Positions 59,887 to 64,000 of a DNA stretch of 64,000 bases are shown piece after piece; position 1 is the first letter of the stretch; every line of letters starts with the position of its first letter. The translations under genes were made by a program, and so were the position numbers. The notes beneath the pieces were generated by a model. That model worked only from the letters and a program-made list of their open reading frames with translations, ran no database searches and had not been told where the DNA came from. The stretch is from a virus (Duplodnaviria; Heunggongvirae; Uroviricota; Caudoviricetes), in IMG/VR virus record IMGVR_UViG_2541047715_000004; one strand, given 5' to 3'.

Positions 59887-62800
59887 ATGTGGTACAGGGA
59901 AGGTACTATCACATTTACACAGGGCAGCAATACTCTGGTTGGGGCAGGGACAGCCTGGAACGTAACAGCTAATGGTGTGTTGCCGGGGATGATCGTCATT
60001 GGCCCCGACAATAAGCTGTATGAGATCAAGCGCGTAACCAGTGATACGAACATTGTTCTCTCAGAACCTTATACCGGCGAAACTCAGTCTGAAGTTCCGT
60101 GCCGAATCATTACGACCTATGAAGGCGACTTAACACAGTTTAGCGCGCGCTTTACTGCGCTAATGTCGCGTATGTCGGCTGATTCCAAGTCCATACGCAG
60201 TTGGTTGACTGCGCTGGATGAGGTGACAATCGAGCGTGAAGACGGTACAGAAGTGACCGTTAAGCCGCTAATGCAGATCGTCAACGAGCACAACGAAAAC
60301 GTTGAGTGGTATAAAAATAACACTGACGCGATTGATGCTGCTGGCGACAAAGCTCGTGAGGCGGCGGCCAGTGCTGCCGCAGCAGCAAAAAGCGCCAATG
60401 CCGCTGGAGAAAAAGCCTCTCAAGCGTCTCAAAGTGCATCCGCTGCGGCATCCTCACAAAGTGCCGCAAGTGCGAGTGCAACTGCTGCGAAAAAATCTGA
60501 AACGAATGCTGCAGCGTCACAAAAATCTGCAGCCACTTCTGCATCCACCGCGACCACGAAGGCGTCAGAAGCTGCCACCTCAGCCCGGGATGCGGCGGCC
60601 TCAAAAGAGGCAGCGAAATCATCAGAAACGAGCGCAGCCTCGAGCGCCAGTAATGCCGCTTCCTCGGCAACGGCGGCAGGAAATTCCGCGAAGGCGGCAA
60701 AAACGTCCGAGACGAACGCCAGGTCTTCTGAAACGGCAGCGGGACAGAGCGCCTCGGCTGCGGCAGGCTCAAAAACAGCGGCTGCGTCGTCTGCCAGTGC
60801 CGCGTCAACAAGTGCCGGGCAGGCCTCAGCCAGTGCCACCGCCGCCGGAAAATCGGCAGAAAGTGCCGCATCGTCTGCTTCAACTGCCACAACGAAGGCT
60901 GGCCAAGCCACTGAACAGGCCAGCGCAGCAGCGAGGTCTGCTTCCGCAGCGAAGACATCCGAAACGAACGCGAAAGCGTCGGAAACCCGTGCAGAATCCT
61001 CAAAAACGGCAGCCGCATCGTCCGCCAGTTCGGCGGCGTCATCGGCATCATCGGCGTCTGCTTCAAAAGATGAGGCGACCAGACAGGCGTCAGCAGCGAA
61101 GGGCAGCGCCACGACGGCATCCACGAAAGCAACAGAGGCGGCAGGCAGTGCGACGGCAGCATCTCAGAGCAAAACTGCTGCTGAATCCGCTGCGACCCGT
61201 GCGGAAGCTGCTGCTGATCGTGCTGAAGAGATTGCCGGTGCAGTTGCGATGGAAGACGCAAGCCTTACAACTAAAGGTGTTGTGAAACTTAGCAGTGCTG
61301 TCGACAGCACCAGTGAATCGCTGGCCGCAACGCCAAAAGCAGTTAAAGCAGCCAATGACAATGCGAATAGCAGGGTGCCATCTAACCGAAAAGTTAACGG
61401 TAAAGCACTGACTGCGGATATCAAATTAACGCCGAAAGATATTGGTACTTTAAATTCAGTAACGATGTCTTTCTCTGGCGGGGCAGGGTGGTTCAAACTG
61501 GCTACGGTTACCATGCCACAAGCGAGTTCCATCGTTTACATCGCATTGATTGGTGGCGCTGGTTACAACGTCGGCTCCCCACATCAGGCAGGCATTTCAG
61601 AACTGGTTCTACGAGCAGGCAATGGAAACCCCAAAGGGATTACAGGTGCTTTGTGGAAGCGTACAGCTGTCGGATTAACGAATTTCGCCTGGATCAACAC
61701 ATCCGGCGATACATATGATATTTACGTTGAGATTGGCAATTATGCGACTCGTGTAAATATCCATTGGGATTGTACTGCAAATGCGACAGTTTCTATTTAT
61801 ACCTCGCCAACATATTCAGCGAGTAAGCCTTCCAGCGTTACCGATGGTGTTGTTTATACGATGTATAGCACACATCAGAAACCGACGCCGTTAGATATTG
61901 GAGCACTGCCAACAACCGGAGGAACAGTTTCAGGTCCGTTGTCTGTTACAGGTGGATTAACTGGTTCATTGAATGGTAATGCAAGTACAGCCACGAAATT
62001 GCAGACGGCAAGATCTATCGGTGGAGTTGTTTTCGACGGTTCTGCAAATATTAACCTTCCAGGTGTAAACACTACGGGTAATCAGAACACCACTGGTAAT
62101 GCTGCAACTGCTACAAAACTTCAGACTGCAAGAAAAATATCCGGTGTTCCATTTGATGGTTCTACTGATATCACTTTAACCGCTGCGCATGTTGCCGCTT
62201 TCGCAAGAAGGGCAACAGGGTCATATGCGGATGCTGATGGTGGCGTGCCGTGGAATGCTGAATCTGGTGCTTACAATGTAACTAGAACAGGCGACAGTTA
62301 TATTCTTGCCAACTTTTATACCGGTGTAGGTAGTTGCCGGACCCTGCAGATGAAGGCGCATTACAGAAATGGAGGTCTGTTCTACCGTTCCTCAAGAGAT
62401 GGCTATGGTTTTGAAAGTGGTTGGGAGCAGGTTTACACGACTGGATTTATGCCTCAGCCGGCTGATATAAACGCGCCAACCGCTGCCGCTGGATGGTTAA
62501 ATAGTGGTAACGGAACGGCATTTACGACTGCTCAATTTATAACTTGGCTAAATAATCAGGGGGCATTTACAAACAAACATTGGATCGCACGGTGCTCATG
62601 GGCTTACGCCAACAATAATTATATAGACGACACTGGTTGCGGTAGGATCGATCTATCTGGTTCCGTGATTGAGGTGTTTAGTAATAAGGCAACAAGCCAC
62701 TACACTATTCGTGTTACAACGACAACAACATCGGGTCATGGTGGTGTTAACAATGCGGAATTTATTTATGTGTACAATGGAAGTGATTATGCACCAGGCT

Positions 62801-64000
62801 GGCGTCGTTCTTATAACACTAGAAACAAACCAACAGCTTCTGATGTAGGAGCATTATCGCTTTCTGGAGGAGCGTTAACTGGCGGATTAACTGCTGCTGG
62901 CGAGATTATTTCAAAATCGGCGAATGGTCTGCGCATTGCCTACGGAAACTACGGATTCTTTATCCGAAACGATGGTTCAAGCACATACTTCATGTTGACC
63001 GATTCGGGTAACAGCCTGGGAACCTATAATAGGTTAAGGCCGCTTATCATTAACAATGCCAATGGTGCTGTTACGATCGGTAATGGACTCAATGTTACTG
63101 GCGGCATCAATGGTAGTTTGAACGGTAATGCTGCAACTGCAACAAAACTGCAAACAGCACGCACAATAGGCGGCGTGTCATTCGATGGCTCCGCCAATAT
63201 CAACCTGCCGGGTGTAAACATTGCTGGTAACCAGAACACAACCGGTAATGCAGCGACAGCGACCAAGTTGCAGACAGCATGTACTATCAACGGCGTCTCG
63301 TTTGATGGTTCTAAAAATATTGAGCTAACGGCGGAAGATTTAAATCTACAGGAATTTATTAATAAAGCAAATAATGCCGTTCAGCGTTCAGGCGATATCT
63401 TGTCCGGCGGACTTACTTTTGAAAACGACTCAATCCTTGCCTGGATTCGAAATACTGACTGGGCAAAGATTGGATTTAAAAATGATGCCGATGGTGACAC
63501 TGATTCATACATGTGGTTTGAAACAGGCGACAACGGCAATGAATATTTCAAATGGAGAAGCCGCCGGAGCACCACAACAAAAGACCTGATGACGCTGAAA
63601 TGGGATGCGCTAAATATTCTGGTAAATGCCGTCATTAATGGCAGTCTTGGAGTTGGTACGACGAATGCGTTAGGTGGTAGCTCTATTGTTCTTGGTGATA
63701 ATGACACCGGATTCAAACAGAATGGTGATGGTATTCTGGATGTTTACGCTAATAGTCAGCGAGTATTCCGCTTTCAGAATGGAGTTGCTATTGCTTTTAA
63801 AAACATTCAGGCTGGTGATAGTAAAAAGTTCTCGCTATCCAGCTCCAACACCTCCACAAAGAATGCAACGTTTAATTTATGGGGTGCTTCAACCCGTCCA
63901 GTAGTTGCAGAGTTAGGCGATGAGGCAGGATGGCATTTCTATAGCCAGCGAAATACAGATAACTCGGTAATATTTTCTGTTAACGGTCAGATACAGCCCA
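59887..64000 (+). CDS. side tail fiber protein, 3' end beyond window
   Basis: ATG 59887 after AAGGAG; frame appears open to window end; Ala/Ser-rich segment then repeated GNAATATKLQTAR...FDGS fibre motifs. Confidence 0.75.
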   Translation, partial: MWYREGTITFTQGSNTLVGAGTAWNVTANGVLPGMIVIGPDNKLYEIKRVTSDTNIVLSEPYTGETQSEVPCRIITTYEGDLTQFSARFTALMSRMSADSKSIRSWLTALDEVTIEREDGTEVTVKPLMQIVNEHNENVEWYKNNTDAIDAAGDKAREAAASAAAAAKSANAAGEKASQASQSASAAASSQSAASASATAAKKSETNAAASQKSAATSASTATTKASEAATSARDAAASKEAAKSSETSAASSASNAASSATAAGNSAKAAKTSETNARSSETAAGQSASAAAGSKTAAASSASAASTSAGQASASATAAGKSAESAASSASTATTKAGQATEQASAAARSASAAKTSETNAKASETRAESSKTAAASSASSAASSASSASASKDEATRQASAAKGSATTASTKATEAAGSATAASQSKTAAESAATRAEAAADRAEEIAGAVAMEDASLTTKGVVKLSSAVDSTSESLAATPKAVKAANDNANSRVPSNRKVNGKALTADIKLTPKDIGTLNSVTMSFSGGAGWFKLATVTMPQASSIVYIALIGGAGYNVGSPHQAGISELVLRAGNGNPKGITGALWKRTAVGLTNFAWINTSGDTYDIYVEIGNYATRVNIHWDCTANATVSIYTSPTYSASKPSSVTDGVVYTMYSTHQKPTPLDIGALPTTGGTVSGPLSVTGGLTGSLNGNASTATKLQTARSIGGVVFDGSANINLPGVNTTGNQNTTGNAATATKLQTARKISGVPFDGSTDITLTAAHVAAFARRATGSYADADGGVPWNAESGAYNVTRTGDSYILANFYTGVGSCRTLQMKAHYRNGGLFYRSSRDGYGFESGWEQVYTTGFMPQPADINAPTAAAGWLNSGNGTAFTTAQFITWLNNQGAFTNKHWIARCSWAYANNNYIDDTGCGRIDLSGSVIEVFSNKATSHYTIRVTTTTTSGHGGVNNAEFIYVYNGSDYAPGWRRSYNTRNKPTASDVGALSLSGGALTGGLTAAGEIISKSANGLRIAYGNYGFFIRNDGSSTYFMLTDSGNSLGTYNRLRPLIINNANGAVTIGNGLNVTGGINGSLNGNAATATKLQTARTIGGVSFDGSANINLPGVNIAGNQNTTGNAATATKLQTACTINGVSFDGSKNIELTAEDLNLQEFINKANNAVQRSGDILSGGLTFENDSILAWIRNTDWAKIGFKNDADGDTDSYMWFETGDNGNEYFKWRSRRSTTTKDLMTLKWDALNILVNAVINGSLGVGTTNALGGSSIVLGDNDTGFKQNGDGILDVYANSQRVFRFQNGVAIAFKNIQAGDSKKFSLSSSNTSTKNATFNLWGASTRPVVAELGDEAGWHFYSQRNTDNSVIFSVNGQIQP

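Noticed and set aside
60281-61285. Three long ORFs (327, 326 and 231 aa) on both strands
   Set aside because: All fall inside the Ala/Ser-rich low-complexity segment of the tail fibre gene; the real frame is the one starting at 59887.

Overview
Mosaic window with three parts. (1) nt 1-12,950: a phage-like early module on the + strand with nucleotide-metabolism and DNA-processing genes (nrdB partial, thyA with insertions, DHFR, P-loop kinase, DnaQ-like exonuclease, Dam-type methyltransferase, RNase HI, TerB-like protein) and many small unknown ORFs. (2) nt 13,011-23,475: an EcoR124-family type IC restriction-modification system (hsdM-hsdS-hsdR, minus strand), an SOS-box-preceded UmuD'-like (HumD-like) gene, then apbC/mrp and metG that look almost identical to E. 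coli chromosomal genes. (3) nt 23,557-64,000: the same phage again (shared regulatory palindromes): small early-type ORFs, two iteron clusters, a G-depleted repeat tract, a minus-strand island with an SF2 helicase, a coupled ParB-ParB-ABC ATPase-GNAT operon, and a complete siphovirus morphogenesis module (TerS, TerL, portal, scaffold, capsid, Ig-like decoration, tail tube, G/GT, tape measure, lambda-like M/L/K/I/J, partial side tail fiber). The overall gene content is reminiscent of large siphovirus phage-plasmids of the SSU5/pHCM2 type, but that is inference from memory, not a search result. The most unusual point is that host-like housekeeping genes and a type I R-M system sit between two arms of one phage. 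No rRNA, tRNA, CRISPR array, integrase or transposase was recognised by eye. Gene starts were refined from the ORF track using RBS and overlap context; functions rest on motif recognition only.
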